Source of the DNA: Takakia lepidozioides
Lineage: Eukaryota > Plantae > Bryophyta
NCBI GenBank assembly: GCA_030704615.1
Contig: CM060732.1
Span: 45,942,001-46,006,000 of the forward strand
DNA: 64,000 bases
Reading direction: 5' to 3'
The translations under genes and the position numbers were made by a program. Under the pieces are notes generated by a model. The model had not been told where the DNA came from and did not search any database. It worked only from the letters and a program-made list of their open reading frames with translations. Shown in pieces: positions 37,353-51,299 of this stretch. Position 1 is the first letter of the stretch; each line of letters opens with the position of its first letter.

Positions 37353-38993
37353 ATGAGGTTGCAGGATGGTTCAAAGCCCAACTCAGCAGTGGTGGTTCTG
37401 AGAAGCACAACGGTAGTGGTAATGAGCATGTTGCTGCTGGTCGGCAGCCTCGGAATGCTGCACTGGAGGATTTCCACTTTTCCCCCAGAGTGGCAACTGG
37501 TGCTGAAGATGGCGGCACCAGACCGTTACAGCTACACGGCACACATTTTGCAGGAGCTGCAGCACACTCACAGCACATCTTGCCATGAGGAGCACACCCA
37601 GGAGACGCGTGTGCTGGGGTTACCAGAGGGCAACATCGTCACGCTGGCCACAGGGAAGGTCCACCGACTGTGGCTGATCTCCTATAATTCCCATGGCTTA
37701 CCCCGCTGTGCAGGGGGGGACTTCTACGAGACAGATTTAGTAAGCAACAAGTGGCACGCCCGACCTCCCACAGAGGATCTAGGCAACGGCTCGTATTCTG
37801 TGGACTTGTTGGTGGACAATGAGTTCGCTGGCACCTTCAACTTTTCGGCAACTCTTCTTTTTGATGCTTTCCACGGGTTGGATCATGCATGCGAAACATG
37901 GAAAAGGGCGGAGCAAACAGTCTTCCTGCGTATAAGATTTGAGATAGATGATAGTCAAGCCCAGCTTGATTCTCATAATTTGAAGCACTGTGACCCCCAT
38001 GATTTCGCTAGGAGTGAGTGGGCAGGGAGGTGGTCCCGGCCCTGGCACAACTGCTCTTGCAAGCCAGACGCACTGGCCCGGTACAAACAATGTATTCCTA
38101 AAGAGCACGAAAACTGCGAGAGCGGGTGGTGTGACGGTCGAGTCTCCCGACTGGAAAGCAATGGCTGGGTGTACTCTGCGCACTGTGCCTTCCGCATTTT
38201 CGAGGTGCAAGAGGCTTGGGACTGCCTGAGTGGGCGCTGGCTGCTTTTCTGGGGCGACTCAAATAATCAAGACACCATTCGAAATCTGTTATTCTTTACA
38301 TTGAACATTTCAGTTCCATCCTGGACCACCTTGGCAGCGTGGCAAATCCCCAGAACATTCGAGGAGTTCTTTGTGAACCCCGCTTGGCCCCATCAAGCTG
38401 TGCACATCAGCTCTATCTACAATGGCAACTATCAAGTTGATGAGCATAATATGGGTCTGGATTCTCTGCAAAACCCAGAATATCGAGAATCGATTTTGCG
38501 CCATTTCAAGGGGCATAGCAGTTCTCCTGATACTGTTATCATGAACTCAGGCCTCCACGATGGCGCGCGTTTCGGATCCGTGTCTGATTATGTGCACGCT
38601 GTTGAGTACGCCCTGGAGTTTTGGGAGTCAACGTGGAAGAATGTTGCTGTAGGCAAAAGGCCGATGGTTCTATACAGGACAACAGTGGCACCTGCAGGCG
38701 ACTCGCGAGGCATGCGATCCAATCCCCACAAAATGGGGGTGTTCAACAAAATCATGGTAGAGCAAATACAAGCTCACATACCCGCTGTTAGAGTGGTGGA
38801 TGCATTTGACCTCACCTTCCCCTGGCATTTCGATAACAACTACAGCGATGGTGGTCACTACGGAAGACCCCCCGGGATGGACAAGACGCCCTGGTTCGGG
38901 CAACCACATTACTACTTTGTTGATATCATGCTGGGTCATATCCTCCTCAATGCAATCTGCCCACACCCCGCACAGAGGTCACCCAGGCCATAG
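37353..38993 (+). CDS. PC-esterase/NXPE-like SGNH acyltransferase-type membrane protein, 546 aa
   Basis: N-terminal hydrophobic anchor (VVVMSMLLLVGSLGML), Ig-like segment (GGDFYETDL...DLGNGSYSV), GDS motif FWGDSN, NSGLHD, and DxxH motif DGGHY. Intronless ORF. Confidence 0.88.
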   Translation: MRLQDGSKPNSAVVVLRSTTVVVMSMLLLVGSLGMLHWRISTFPPEWQLVLKMAAPDRYSYTAHILQELQHTHSTSCHEEHTQETRVLGLPEGNIVTLATGKVHRLWLISYNSHGLPRCAGGDFYETDLVSNKWHARPPTEDLGNGSYSVDLLVDNEFAGTFNFSATLLFDAFHGLDHACETWKRAEQTVFLRIRFEIDDSQAQLDSHNLKHCDPHDFARSEWAGRWSRPWHNCSCKPDALARYKQCIPKEHENCESGWCDGRVSRLESNGWVYSAHCAFRIFEVQEAWDCLSGRWLLFWGDSNNQDTIRNLLFFTLNISVPSWTTLAAWQIPRTFEEFFVNPAWPHQAVHISSIYNGNYQVDEHNMGLDSLQNPEYRESILRHFKGHSSSPDTVIMNSGLHDGARFGSVSDYVHAVEYALEFWESTWKNVAVGKRPMVLYRTTVAPAGDSRGMRSNPHKMGVFNKIMVEQIQAHIPAVRVVDAFDLTFPWHFDNNYSDGGHYGRPPGMDKTPWFGQPHYYFVDIMLGHILLNAICPHPAQRSPRP

Positions 38994-39451
38994 AACAAAA
39001 ATTCTCCTTAAGATTCCAGGAGACCATAGAGGCACTTGTTTGAACCAAACAGATCATACAACTTGTGAGCCCCAGGAGTGAATCCTCATGGTTGAGGATC
39101 CGCTTGAAAACTGTGGAAGCTCACAAGCATGCACAGCTCAACTGCGGTCTCCTCAACTGTCCCCTCTCACGCGATGCTCCTAGTACCAAATCTGCAGATG
39201 CTTGCGAACCCACCAAGTTGAGCTGGAATGAAGCAAGAGTGACAGTGCTTCCTTGGGGAGGAGTCCTGTTGAAGGCCAAGGAAGAAGCGTTGCAGTTTTC
39301 ATACCATCAGGTCACTGCCGTCTATTGACATTTCTATTCATTGAAGATGGTTCAGGTTTCATATTTACATTTTTTCAAGAAGAGCCCACCCAGTGCAGAA
39401 GAGACCCTCTTAGAAGGTTGCCCTCACCCTCTTTATATGCTGTCTCGACAA

Positions 39452-39600
39452 CCAAGTTGTAGCCCAGTGGTCATGCGCACATACCACCTGGGAAGTGGTT
39501 GTGGGTTCAATCCACCCTTGGTGTCAAAAAGGTGTCCACCTTCCTAGTGGAAGGCAATAACCCTTGGGGGTGAAGGGACACCATAAGGTGCACAAACCGT
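39452..39600 (+). mobile_element. tRNA-derived SINE, copy 2
   Basis: ccaagttgtagcccagtggtc...gtgggttcaatccacccttgg. Same A/B boxes as the 19284 copy. Confidence 0.7.
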
Positions 39601-39619
39601 AGGGGGCCCAAAAATGGGC

Positions 39620-40400
39620 CCCGCACTCAACGGTGGGATTTTGGCGAATAGGATTAGCTCCAAATTTTGCACGCAAGTGAAGGAGGTAGCCTCGTCAGCA
39701 AGCGGGGGTTGAGTCGAGGTCCTGCGCAGCACTGTACATAGCATATGATCCCTTGACAGCCCCAGGTGCCTCGGAAGGCAGCGTGGATCGCAATTGCAAT
39801 TCGCTCGATGTCTGCACGCATCTTAGCCAAGCTTTCCTAGATTCAGTGCCCAGATCTTGAAAGACAATGGATAGTAGAGGAGAGATCGAGGATATATCAC
39901 CCAAGAAAGTCATTGCAAATCAAACCTTCCAAAGATATCAAAGTGTAGAACTCCTGAGAGTTTCAAATACATGGCAGTTGAAACATGATCTAGTTGAGGA
40001 GAAGGTCAATAGCGGACAGGTTCCTATGATTCCAGTGACAGTAAAAGACTTTGATAAAGGCCAGATCTTAGCTGGGGCGTAGCAGAAAATAAGATAGTGT
40101 TCAATGGATTCTAAAATCCCCTAGGAGCAGCATGCGCAGAGGAGGGCCGCTTCAAATTGTAGCCATTTGCCCACCTTCAGTACTCTATTAGCTATTTGCC
40201 AAAAGAATGCCGCAATCTTTGTTGGGAGAATTCTGATCCAGACCGAGCCCCATTTCGAAATACACAGTCCACTCCACGAGTACTATGTCTCACTGTACAA
40301 TCAGCCCCACTACCGGACCTTGATTGATATTCACAAGAACTCAACTTTGTTGTCCGCATTAAATGTCACATCTTAGTTTTGAAACCTATCCCCATCGCTT
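39620..40400 (-). mobile_element. L1-like LINE 3' fragment with zf-RVT
   Basis: Minus strand reads WGSVWIRILPTKIAAFFWQIANRVLKVGKW...CACC...ESIEHYLIFC...VFETLRSSTL. Confidence 0.7.
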
Positions 40401-41507
40401 CATGAATTTACTACCCCTTACAAACATAATAAACCAGCAAGTGATACTAATACTTAAATGTTGTCGGACATGGCCCAAATACAAACTACTCAAAGCATTT
40501 AGGAATACTAATTTACTTCACAGTTTTGATTTAATTAAATAATATTCCTAAGGACTTTGATAAGTTTGTATAAATTTTACATAGTTTGGATTGCAACTCC
40601 CATTTACATACCTCTTAATGCATTTTCAGTTCTACCTTTTTTGTTTCCAGCTCCCACTGAATTCGACCTGCGATTTGCTTATGATTGTGTCGCATAAATG
40701 ATATTCAATGGGTGCATAAGACTACTTGATCATGCATAGACTTAAATGTGCTGCTTGTAAATATTATATGGATCGAGTTAAAGTGTAATGTTGTATGAAA
40801 AATCTCATAGATGAGCATAACTAAGAAATTGAGCTAGAATTTTAAGTAACATTAGTCATGGTTTTAAACATTTTGTTCTAACATTTCGGCCTAAGTGTCA
40901 ATATCATTGCAAAGTATGAATGTTACATGTATCGGTGTTGGCATTGAATGCAATGGGAAGAGAAACAATGGACATTTGAAATCCGTACAGATATACGTTA
41001 ATATTCCATCATTCTTGTTTGTCATATTTAAACGACAAATATTGAGGAGTAGGTCATTGATACGAATTGACAAAAGAAGGGTTGGATCGATAGTATGACT
41101 ATCCATATATTGTCAGAGATTGTCTTTTGGATTCAATGGCTTTTCTTTTGAATTACAATCAATCTTCGGTGTTTCTGCAACAAAATGTAATGTGTCAATA
41201 TTAAAAAAAACATTGGATTTCCATACTCCAACCGGCTATAGATTGTCAAAGACAACTTTTTTCAGAATTTATTCTGTCTCTGTATAATGGACAAGTCAGC
41301 ACACTAGAAAGGTACATTGAAAATATGTCTATAAGCGCAACCAATGGAGCATTGTACGGAGACGTCACAGCTATTTTTTGGTTGTCCGATTATCTTTCTT
41401 GTCCAATATTTGTTTGGTCTCGAACGAGTTGATAAACAACTTGCCCGTCCTCCATCCAAATGGTCTTTGAAGACAATTTGAACCATATAGGTTATTTTGA
41501 GCCCATA

Positions 41508-41896
41508 TCGTAGAGGCCGCTCTATTTCAATGGACCCTTGCCGAAACCATTAAATACATATAGGTCGTCAGGTTTGGTAGACAATGATAATATTAATTTT
41601 TTAATCTAAGCTTCATCCAATTTTTCCCGAATTCGGCATCTGAGTACTTCTCATTAGATTTCATTAGTAAGTAGTTAGTAGTAAGTAGCTAGTATTTTAT
41701 CATTAGTAAGTCTCAAACTTAAGCATTTAATACAGTAATTTTGTTGCATTATGCAGCTGTCACATTTGTTTTTCCCAAAGTCCACTTTCTAAAATGAAAA
41801 TCATTCCCCTCTTTCGTCTATGCTAAGAGCAAAATTAAAATGCTCATTATCTCTTTAAATGAATGAATTAAAATCGAAATAGAACAACCTCTAGGG
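41508..41896. mobile_element. MITE (Tc1/mariner-like, TA target), copy 2
   Basis: ta|tcgtagaggccgctctatttc ... gaaatagaacaacctctaggg|ta. Homologous to 12494-12858. Confidence 0.75.
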
Positions 41897-42849
41897 TAGT
41901 CTCATCTTCATAATAATGCAATCTCATATACAAAACCAATTTGAAGCTCAAATTATACATAAAAATCATGTGTCAAACGTTAATGTTTGTCAACTCGTTG
42001 CATATTTTGATGTTCATACATCCAATTCCACAACCAAACTAACGAAAACCATCAAAAACAAAAATTTCAGCTTCCACATTCGATAAACCTAAACATAAAA
42101 TCCTTCAAAAATTTCGATGGACGGATGAATTTGATAAAATATGAATCCACATTTGATCTTAACTATCGTGCAAGTACGTCGACACTTATGTATTCAGAAT
42201 CTACAGAAGAAACAGATGAAAATTTGTGCAAACGATTTGAAAACACCAAAATTTGATATCACTAAAATGAGCATGAATGTGAAAACAAATATAACATCAA
42301 CGCCACAATCTCATGCATATTGAAATAAATATTTCCACAACAAGTATGCATGATTTGCATATACCAAAGACAAAAGAGCTTAACAAAAGAATTATTGCAC
42401 ATTAAACAAACAAATCCTAGTTTCTCAAACAAAAAAATTGACAATATATTTTTATGCTTCCATACTCATTTTAAACTATCTTTGAAACAAATTATTTGAT
42501 ATTAATATTTATCACAAAAAAGGTGAAAATCCAATAGATCGAGAAAATTTTATTAAAAATAAAAATAAAATCAAATAAACTAAAAATAAATACATTAATT
42601 AAAATAAGAAAATATATAAACGATTCTCATACTTTCGTTTGCATATGTTGCCACCGATTATCGTTTCGATACAAGATGAAATTGGCTTCTGAAGATAATT
42701 TAAAATATATAATATTATATGTCCGAGATCTGATTTATTCATAATCAGAAATCTCATATTTTATGTAAAGATTGTCGGCGTGTGATTGATGACGATAAAA
42801 AAATAAATTTGTTTATTGAACATTATCATGAACCAAGAAATGTAATTGA

Positions 42850-45050
42850 ATCAGTAGATGTTTTAAACCAATTGGAAGAACGCTGTTTGGTTACTTTGGT
42901 TTGATCTGTTTTACATTGTTGTAGAACTGACTGTTATTTGCGAGTTATAGTTTTGTCCATTTTTGTCAAATAAGACGTACAATAGCTAGCTGCAGTATAC
43001 GAATTTAAAATAAATTGTACGTCGGTGTTTGGTTGTCATGATGGTCCAGCTAATCTTTCAAAAGCATTCGTACGAAAGTCTTTGGGTTGACGTCGCAAAA
43101 ATATTTAAACACGGTATTTTTAATCTACTTCTTAGTGCACAAATATAGGTTTATTCGTCAATATTTAACGATACCAAAAAGTCATCGAAAGATATGTTTT
43201 CACCCATGTCCATTTCATTTAATCTTTTGAAAATACGATTGGTGATTTGTTGTAGTAGTGTTGTTTGCTGTGATTCATCTGGTAGTGGGAGTGGAAGCAT
43301 AATGATAGTTTTTCTTATAGAAGGAAGTGGATAGTGGAATCGGCAAATACTTTCTAGTTTTTTTCTTAGAAGTACGTCTATGACGATGAAGCTGTGCATC
43401 TTTCATATCTTCAGGCAATATGTACTGTTATATGTAATGTATTTGTCTATAATTTTTTTGATATCATTCTTATTCGATATCCCAAAAATGGGGAAATTAA
43501 AAATTCATAATAAACCATTGTAATGTTTACTTCCATGATTTTGAAACTCGGTTACAAAATAAATAATCAATCACTTGTCCGAACAAGTCATTTTGTTCAA
43601 CTATTAGTTTTCGAAAAGAATTCATTTTATGATTGTAACAACGTGCACGTACAATATGTCATACATGAACCCTCGACCTCCACGACTTAAACCTCCGCGA
43701 GAGCAGGAGAGAGACATGCCACCGACACTCTATGCGTTACAAATGCGTTACATAATGACACTGTCGTCCACCGATTTGCATCTGTTTTACATCTACATGT
43801 ACTTTTCATCCACATGCATATTCACATCCACTCCATAACGAAACATATACACGTTCACTTTCCCTTGCAAAACAATATATCAGCCATGAGCACAAGCAGT
43901 AGATATTACTGGAAAATGTGAAACTGAAAATATATAGGCATTGACCCAAACTTCATACACAGAAACACTCATTAGACACCTCAATTCTCATTCTGAAATT
44001 GAACCTCCATTTCGATTCGTATTTGTCAAGTGCATTGTGAATACACATGCAAATCCGTAATCAGACCCCTAGGCCATGCGCAACAGTTACTCCAGACCCG
44101 GAAGGCCATGCAAAACACATCAAATTCCAGTCCTACAATGCTTTTACCTTCATACTGTCTCTAGCCAATCCACCTCCTTGAAATTCCAGTCATATGAAGA
44201 CACATCCACCTCCATCCTAACCACTCGCCCCTTCCAGACCCAAACTCGCCCATCCCAACGAAAGAAATAAACAGAGTGATGGAAATGGTTACTCCCCCAT
44301 TGAGGTAGAACAAGCAGGAAAACTGATGAGTTGTTCTTTGGCATGTGCAGTGCTGAAGCGAACATCACATGCATTGTATCACCCTCAATGATGACACAAA
44401 CGTCTCCAGCAGTAGTCTATGGTCTTTCTGGTGAATTTCTTCGTTGAAGCATCCTCCAAACAAGGTCAGATCGAACGAGTTCCGCAATATCCCTATGTTG
44501 TAAATATTTTATTTGTTCTGAAGACAATTTTTTCTAGGCTAGCTGACATCATGTATTGATCAAAGGTTTCCAATTCAAACCTTCTCAATTTGCCTATGTC
44601 ATAAGTCAGATCATAGTATTGTATCAAGGTTTGATTTATAACTAACTTGTTTTGCTGTTAATTCACGCCCTTGAAGCTCTCTTGAAGTTTATCTTTTTTA
44701 ATTCGAATCTGATATGATGAAAGTACGAAAGTTCATTCTGTTTTGAAAAGTGAACTCCCATTTTGTAATTGTTTGATATGAATATTTTTTTTATAATTTC
44801 TCCAAGACTAGCATGTCTATAAAACAAAGTTGAGAAATTGTATTCTTCACTATTATGATCTCGACAAAAGTCTAAGATGTTTATATCCTTTGCTTGGAAC
44901 AATTGCATAATTATTGTGTTAGTGATTAAATATCTATGGTAGTATTTCCATGTATTTCTTCAAAACAATCGTTAGTATTTTGGTCGTCAACATCGTTTAT
45001 GATTGTTTGGGAATCCTCAGACACTTCAAACATATCTTTCCAATTATTTC
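42850..45050 (-). mobile_element. Helitron Rep (HUH) region remnant, interrupted by an ~800-bp insertion (43660-44455)
   Basis: Minus strand reads FCRDHNSEEYNFSTL; IAELVRSDLV | ARCYNH; FVTEFQNHGSKHYNGLL* (HUH motif); CRFHYPLP; TDVQFILNSYTAASYCTSYLTK (Tyr motif). Confidence 0.8.
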
Positions 45051-46194
45051 TTATAATTCACATAAGTCATGCACATGCACATGCACATGCACATAAGTCA
45101 TCCACATAAGTCATGCAATGCTTTTATAACCATGTTTGGTCGGACGTACCCTGACATCTAAGGTGAATTATATTCAAGTTTTTTTAAAAAACATATTGCT
45201 ATTGTTATCTGGGAACAAGTTTTTACTTCTGCTTGGGTTTTTTTTTGCTTACTGCAAAGCATATGGTTGAGAAGCACGATTTGCGTGTTGCGATTTCCCA
45301 TCTAGAAACTGACGATGTAACAGATACTGTCAAAGTTGTTGTTAGGGTTCGACTTGGCCATCTTGCAAGGGAACGCGATGCCTACAAATTTCTTATATAA
45401 GTGCCTGATTATGGATACGTTCTGGAGAGCCCGTTGCCTGAGTGAGATTAAGTAGGCCTTAAGAGATGAGGTTGTAATAGAAGGAAATGACCAGATTTAT
45501 GTCGAGTGTAATCATACCCTGCCCTGCACATTAGAATGCACAAACCACACTCAACCTGAGTAGTTCTATATCCATTCATGTCCATAGAACTTGCAATTTG
45601 GGGATAAGAGATAGTCCAAGAAAAGGGGAACGGTGAAGCCAGAAAGTTAGTGATGGTGGGAGAATGTTTAAGAGCTCGTGATGACTCCATAGGTAGCTGG
45701 TGGGTGGCTGTTAGTATCATCTCTTCTATGCAAAGTGAGCCAATGAGAGAAAGCAGAGTAGATGGTGAGCTTGAGTGCACAAATAAGATCAACTCCAGAG
45801 ATGATAAGGCCACTTAGGCTACATGGCTAAATAGAGAATGTGAACCAGCCCTGTGATGGTTCTCAGAAAGAACTAGTGTTGGACCGATATATGGGGGTGA
45901 GGCGGGACATTAGCACGGGTAAGGGTATCGCGGCAGGGTACCAGACCAGGCGGGTATAAGCAACTGACAATACCCCGGGCAGAACATATTGGGGGCAATA
46001 TACTGAAACGGTATGAAAACTGGGAAAGTTGGGTTTATAATAGGCTTTGACTACAAAGGCAAGCTGAAGATGAACAAAAGTGTGATTTCAGAGGAAATAC
46101 CGGCACATCCTGAGTTGTTCGGTGAAAATACACATGAACTTGAGGAAGACGTGGTAAGACATATTGGATTTTATCAATATTTGTTGGGACGTTA

Positions 46195-49070
46195 ACAATG
46201 CTACCACAAATGCCAAATTGACCGAATCCATGCAGTTGATATATTTATGCAAATGCCATTCAAAGGGCGGTAATGCATTTCTTTACGCCCAACAGATATC
46301 TGTGCTATTATCAGTTTACATGGTTTCATATTTCCATTGCACCGTTCATCAAGATCATTTCAATTCATCAATATTTCTGCAGAAGAAGATCGAGCATTTG
46401 TTTTGAAACCACTATGTTATGTGAATTTTCTCCGGATTCAACTGATGTGAAATGTAAACCAGTCATTGATAAGTACATATGAAGGCTAGAATCATTACAC
46501 CATCTTTCTCTTATAAACGTAATTGTTCAATATAACTTCAAATCATTGAAACAGAGACGAAAAAATAAAACTATACGATGGGTAAATTATAATGACCAAC
46601 ATGATCCAGAAAACCATGGTTCCATAGAGAACAATTGCTCTCGTGATCCAGAAAACCATGGTTGAAACTAGTTGCTTTTTTTTTTGTCATTCCAAAATGC
46701 AGAACAGCTATAGAAAGAAAATTTTGAACACGACACGAAGTTTGCACAAACAAATAAACTTTAATTGATGATATTCGAAAAGAATTTATATATATTTTCA
46801 CCCATAACAAAACAGCTGTGGATGTAGATTGGTGTTACATAGAACAAGTTACCCATTCTTTGGCTGTCAAACAGTCAAAATATTTTCTGTAAAATTATTA
46901 GTTTTATAACAAATACTGATGGAATTGAGTCATATGATTTAAATGAATCATAGGAGTCCGAATAATTTCCTACATTGATACAGAATACACAAATATAAGT
47001 ACATTCATTTCTATGGTTCGTACATTAAATATAGAACAACGGTTAATTTTTTATGATCTATGCACCCAAAAAAAAAAAAAAAAAAAAAAAAAAACTTAAC
47101 GAACCCATCTATCTTTTTGTAACTGGTGGAGTTGGCATAGGGAAAATTTTGACTTTAATGGTCATAATATAATGGCTTCTTCGACATAAAAATCCAGATC
47201 ATATTCAAAAGAAAGTCATCAAAATGGTGTACACTGGAAAAGTTGCTTTCAACATAGATTGATCAACTATACATTTAGGTTTGGCCATTCATCTGAATAA
47301 AAAATTGAATGAACTGTCATCTTTGAATGATGGACATCGTGATAGTTTGACAAAATAATATGATTAATGACAACTACTCATATTAGATGAAATTTCATTG
47401 ATTAGAAATCGGATGTTGATTTGTGTTGACAGGAGGTTGAAAACAATAAAACGAATACACAATAGATTTTTCGGAAGCCTTGATATTATCATTACTGGAG
47501 ATCTATATCAAGCACCCCAGTGCAAGATTCTTGGATGTTCAAACCTAAAATGGATAGTTTAGACATATTGGGTAGTAATTTTTGGCAATACAAAAAATTA
47601 TGTTATGAATTGAAACAAGTAACTGTGACAAACTGACACACAGTTCATTGAGATTCTCAACAGATTTAGACTTGTCGAACAAACAAACGACGCCATAATC
47701 ACCATCAATGAACTTTGCTATAAAAATCCCTCATCCGACCCTACATACCCCCATCTATTTTTCAAAAATGAATCTACTCAAGCCCCACAACAATAAAACA
47801 TTTGAAAAAAATAAATAGTCAAGTTTATTTGTTCAAAGTAAATAATATAAGACATAATATTTATCCATCGCATTTTTCTTTCTCTGCCGAATTAAACAAA
47901 ACCGCGGGTCTATATGTAGAAATACGGGTGAAATCTAATATGCTAGTAGAATTATGCTCCGGAAACTATTTCCCATATGATGGGTTCATAAGTGGAACAG
48001 ATGGTATAGTTAAATGTGCTATGACAACGTGTATACAATATGTAGTTTGGATTCAATTCAATAATACGTGTGTAGGACAACACACAAGAACCACGAATTC
48101 TCAATTATACGTCACATTCCTAGAAGTAATATCAACTTGGACCCCAATTGTAGCCAAAGCCAAAAATATATAAGTAGGACTAGGGAATTTCGATCATTTG
48201 ATTACATGTATCCAATTCCATATCCAACTTGCAGCAGCTCGAACTATGCATCGTGCTCAAGGATTGACATTGATCAACTAATTTTTGATCCAAAAGGTAT
48301 TACAAGACATGGTCTAACTTACACAAGTTTATCTAGAATAAGGAAAAAAGAGCATATATACTTTTGAACCACTCGATCCAAAAAAATTCAATGGTGATAA
48401 GTCAGTTGCCGAAAAAATGAGACAACTTATAACAGTGGCACAAAATAAATTGTCAATACCTATCATATCACAATTGCGATATCCTTTTTGGTCGTGCAGA
48501 CTATATTGAATACTCGTTCGTTAAACCAATACCATTATGATATTATATCCGATCGAAACCTTCAAGCTTCACATATCTTATGCTTAAATGATATACAACT
48601 ATCGTCATCTAATTTAATTTGGAACACTTTCATGGATTACATCAATTTTTGTTTTTTATTTTTTTTTATTTTTTATAGCATGTCATCATGGCCATGACAC
48701 TGCCATTTTATATTACACTCAAACTATTCTCTCGCAGCATGAATCACACACATATGATGGGGCCGAATTCATTTTCGCAACCTTCAATTTAAATTCACAA
48801 AGAGCATTAAATATAATTATAATTTATAAACCTCCAAAAATATCATTACAGACATTTTATTACATTTGGAGGATATGTACAATAAAACACCGCACTGTTG
48901 CCCAACCACATTTATTGCAATGTTGATATATTACAAAAGATTTCTCAATCTATCATGCTTCGAAATTACATGGAAACTCGTAAATAATGTGCAAGGAGAG
49001 TACTACAAACTATGAGTCTCAACTTGACCATATATGGATAAATGCGCCACCCCAGCCATGCAAATCCTAG
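46195..49070 (+). mobile_element. Helitron/Helentron remnant: Rep C-terminus, PIF1 helicase, AP-like endonuclease
   Basis: GNAFLYAQQIS; VTGGVGIGK (Walker A); LLILDEIS (Walker B); IITGDLYQAP; QFPIQLAAARTMHRAQGLT; YTSLSR; then LNTRSL...HILCLND and TTNYESQLDHIWIN. Many stops and frameshifts. Confidence 0.85.
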
Positions 49071-49499
49071 CTATCTCTTTTTTACCATTAAAATAATTAT
49101 ACGCATTGTTTTATCAATAATAATAATAAATGGATTATCCTTTCTCCAACCCTTTTCACAAAATATTTCTTCCATACATTAAAATCGACATAGACTTATA
49201 AGAAATCATCATTATGAATAACAATATCCCATCATTCACGATCTTACAAATCTTATTGCTTAAACCAGTCGGATATGATATACAAGTTATAAATTTTATG
49301 TTTTATCTATGTAAATGGCAAGGCCTAAGTGTATGTCACGCCATGTTTTCCTCATGTTCCTACTGGGCAGTCATTCTCATGTAATTGGGCAGGAGAAAAT
49401 GAATTTTTTAATTCTATAAGTCAAATATAAATTATTTTTTGCATTAGTTGGTGGTTGTGCCACATTCATGGAAACATGTCACGGAGGCCGCCAATGTGG

Positions 49500-49870
49500 C
49501 TCAGAGAATCCGTCGCTAGTCGAGTGACATCACTGGTGGAGTTGGATTTGCAGTAGCCTTCTTGCCAATAGCAGCTATGCCCTCCTTCACTCCACTGGCT
49601 ACAGCTTCCCGAATGACTTGAGCCAAATCTCCTACTTTTATGGTTATAATATCTTCTAACGCCATAGAATTTTCTTGTGTTTTTTGTCGCTGAGTCTCAG
49701 CTGCGACCAGTGTATGGGTTGCCGCTTCTTCCATCGATGCTGGAGATATATTACTCCTATTTTTAGAGATCGTATCCCACTGGAATAACGAGCTACCAAA
49801 GCCGAACGTCAGTTGGCTCATAAACCACAGATCCTAAAGCACGAAATCTGTTCCGATACCAAAATGTTAC
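49500..49870 (-). mobile_element. LTR retrotransposon 5' remnant (LTR end, tRNA-Met PBS, gag start)
   Basis: Minus strand ...tgtaaca-ttt-tggtatcggaac (PBS at 49850-49861, cf. TGGTATCAGAGC), followed by ORF 49516..49821. Confidence 0.55.
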
Positions 49871-51299
49871 ATTCCTCTGTCCAATTTCTTGCATCTGCAT
49901 TGAGTGCAACATGGAGACAATTTTTCAATGATATGGGGATAAACTCATTATACATTCAAACTTTTTTGTTTTAATCTCAATTAGTGTTTAATTATATCTT
50001 TCCGCATGGTTTGTCATTGTCTTTGTTGATGATTTTGTCTTCTTTGTTGAAATCACTCAAACTATTATGCAATGTATTTAAATTTTGCAGATATACGGTG
50101 GGATACTGCAAATGGTGGAAGAATACAATGTTCTTCATTTCAAATCTCTGAGAGGTCGTGTCTTGGATCACATAAGATCATTCTAAGTAAATGTTACCCT
50201 AATATGAGATTCAAACTTAATTCCATTTATTGATGGACATCATTTCTCTCTCTATTGGTGAAATGCATGGACTACTATCTAGAGCACAAGAACAGGGAAA
50301 GAGCAAAAAAACTAAGAGAGATCCAAAGGAATTGCACATGAAATGAATTATGAGATAGATAAACCACAATCATGAGTCAAGAACTAGATGTATTTTTATT
50401 TGTCTAAGTTACAAAGATTTGTGAATGATTTCTTATTTGGGGATGGCGGGGCAAGCCAATTTCCTTGGACATTTGATGTTTTTGCTGGCCGTTCACGATG
50501 TCCGAGTAGCACTACTAGCTACAAATGTCATCATGGCTCATGTGTGTAGTCGAGTGCATGCAAATGAATTTGATAGAGCTATGGAACCATTCGAATACTG
50601 AGTATGACAAGTCCCCCAATCGTGACTCCTCAAGTATAGCCTTTTGTGCTTTACATTTGTTCAATCTCATCTGCAACTCGTAGTGCATTTAGCATGCTCC
50701 AATGAAACGGGTTATATGATTTGTAGTAATTTTTGTAGAAGTTGCAAATGCGCTGATGCGACGTCAGGTATAATAACTACATTTACATATTGTGTAAATT
50801 GCATGCTAGAGAGGGGATGAACTCAAGTGTGTTTATAGCTAATAAACTTTGACACTTGTGGGGACGGAGCAGCCTTCTAGAAGGCTCCACCATCATTTGC
50901 AAGGTTGGTCCGCCGCCCTAAGATATAAAAGGGAGAATGCTCTCCTGGACAACATTATATTTACTATTTATTAGTAATTACTTCAGTGCCCGTTCTACGA
51001 TGCATGGCCTAGTAAAAAAAACCAAAAACATGAACACCATGTGAATAAGTAACTATAATAATATATGTAGAATATCTTATCATTCGTGATACTACAATGT
51101 GCAAGAGATCCATTATATCTAGATCTCAAAGTTTATAGTATATCTTTCTTGGTTCGAGTCACAGTAATGAGACTTTTTGGAGCTCTACGAAATTTTTTAC
51201 TGTCCAATTACACAAATCAGTGGTGTGATAATAGACTTACTTATTGTCAATATCAATTTGTATTGTCACATACATTCTATATCATGCGGAGCAACACTT

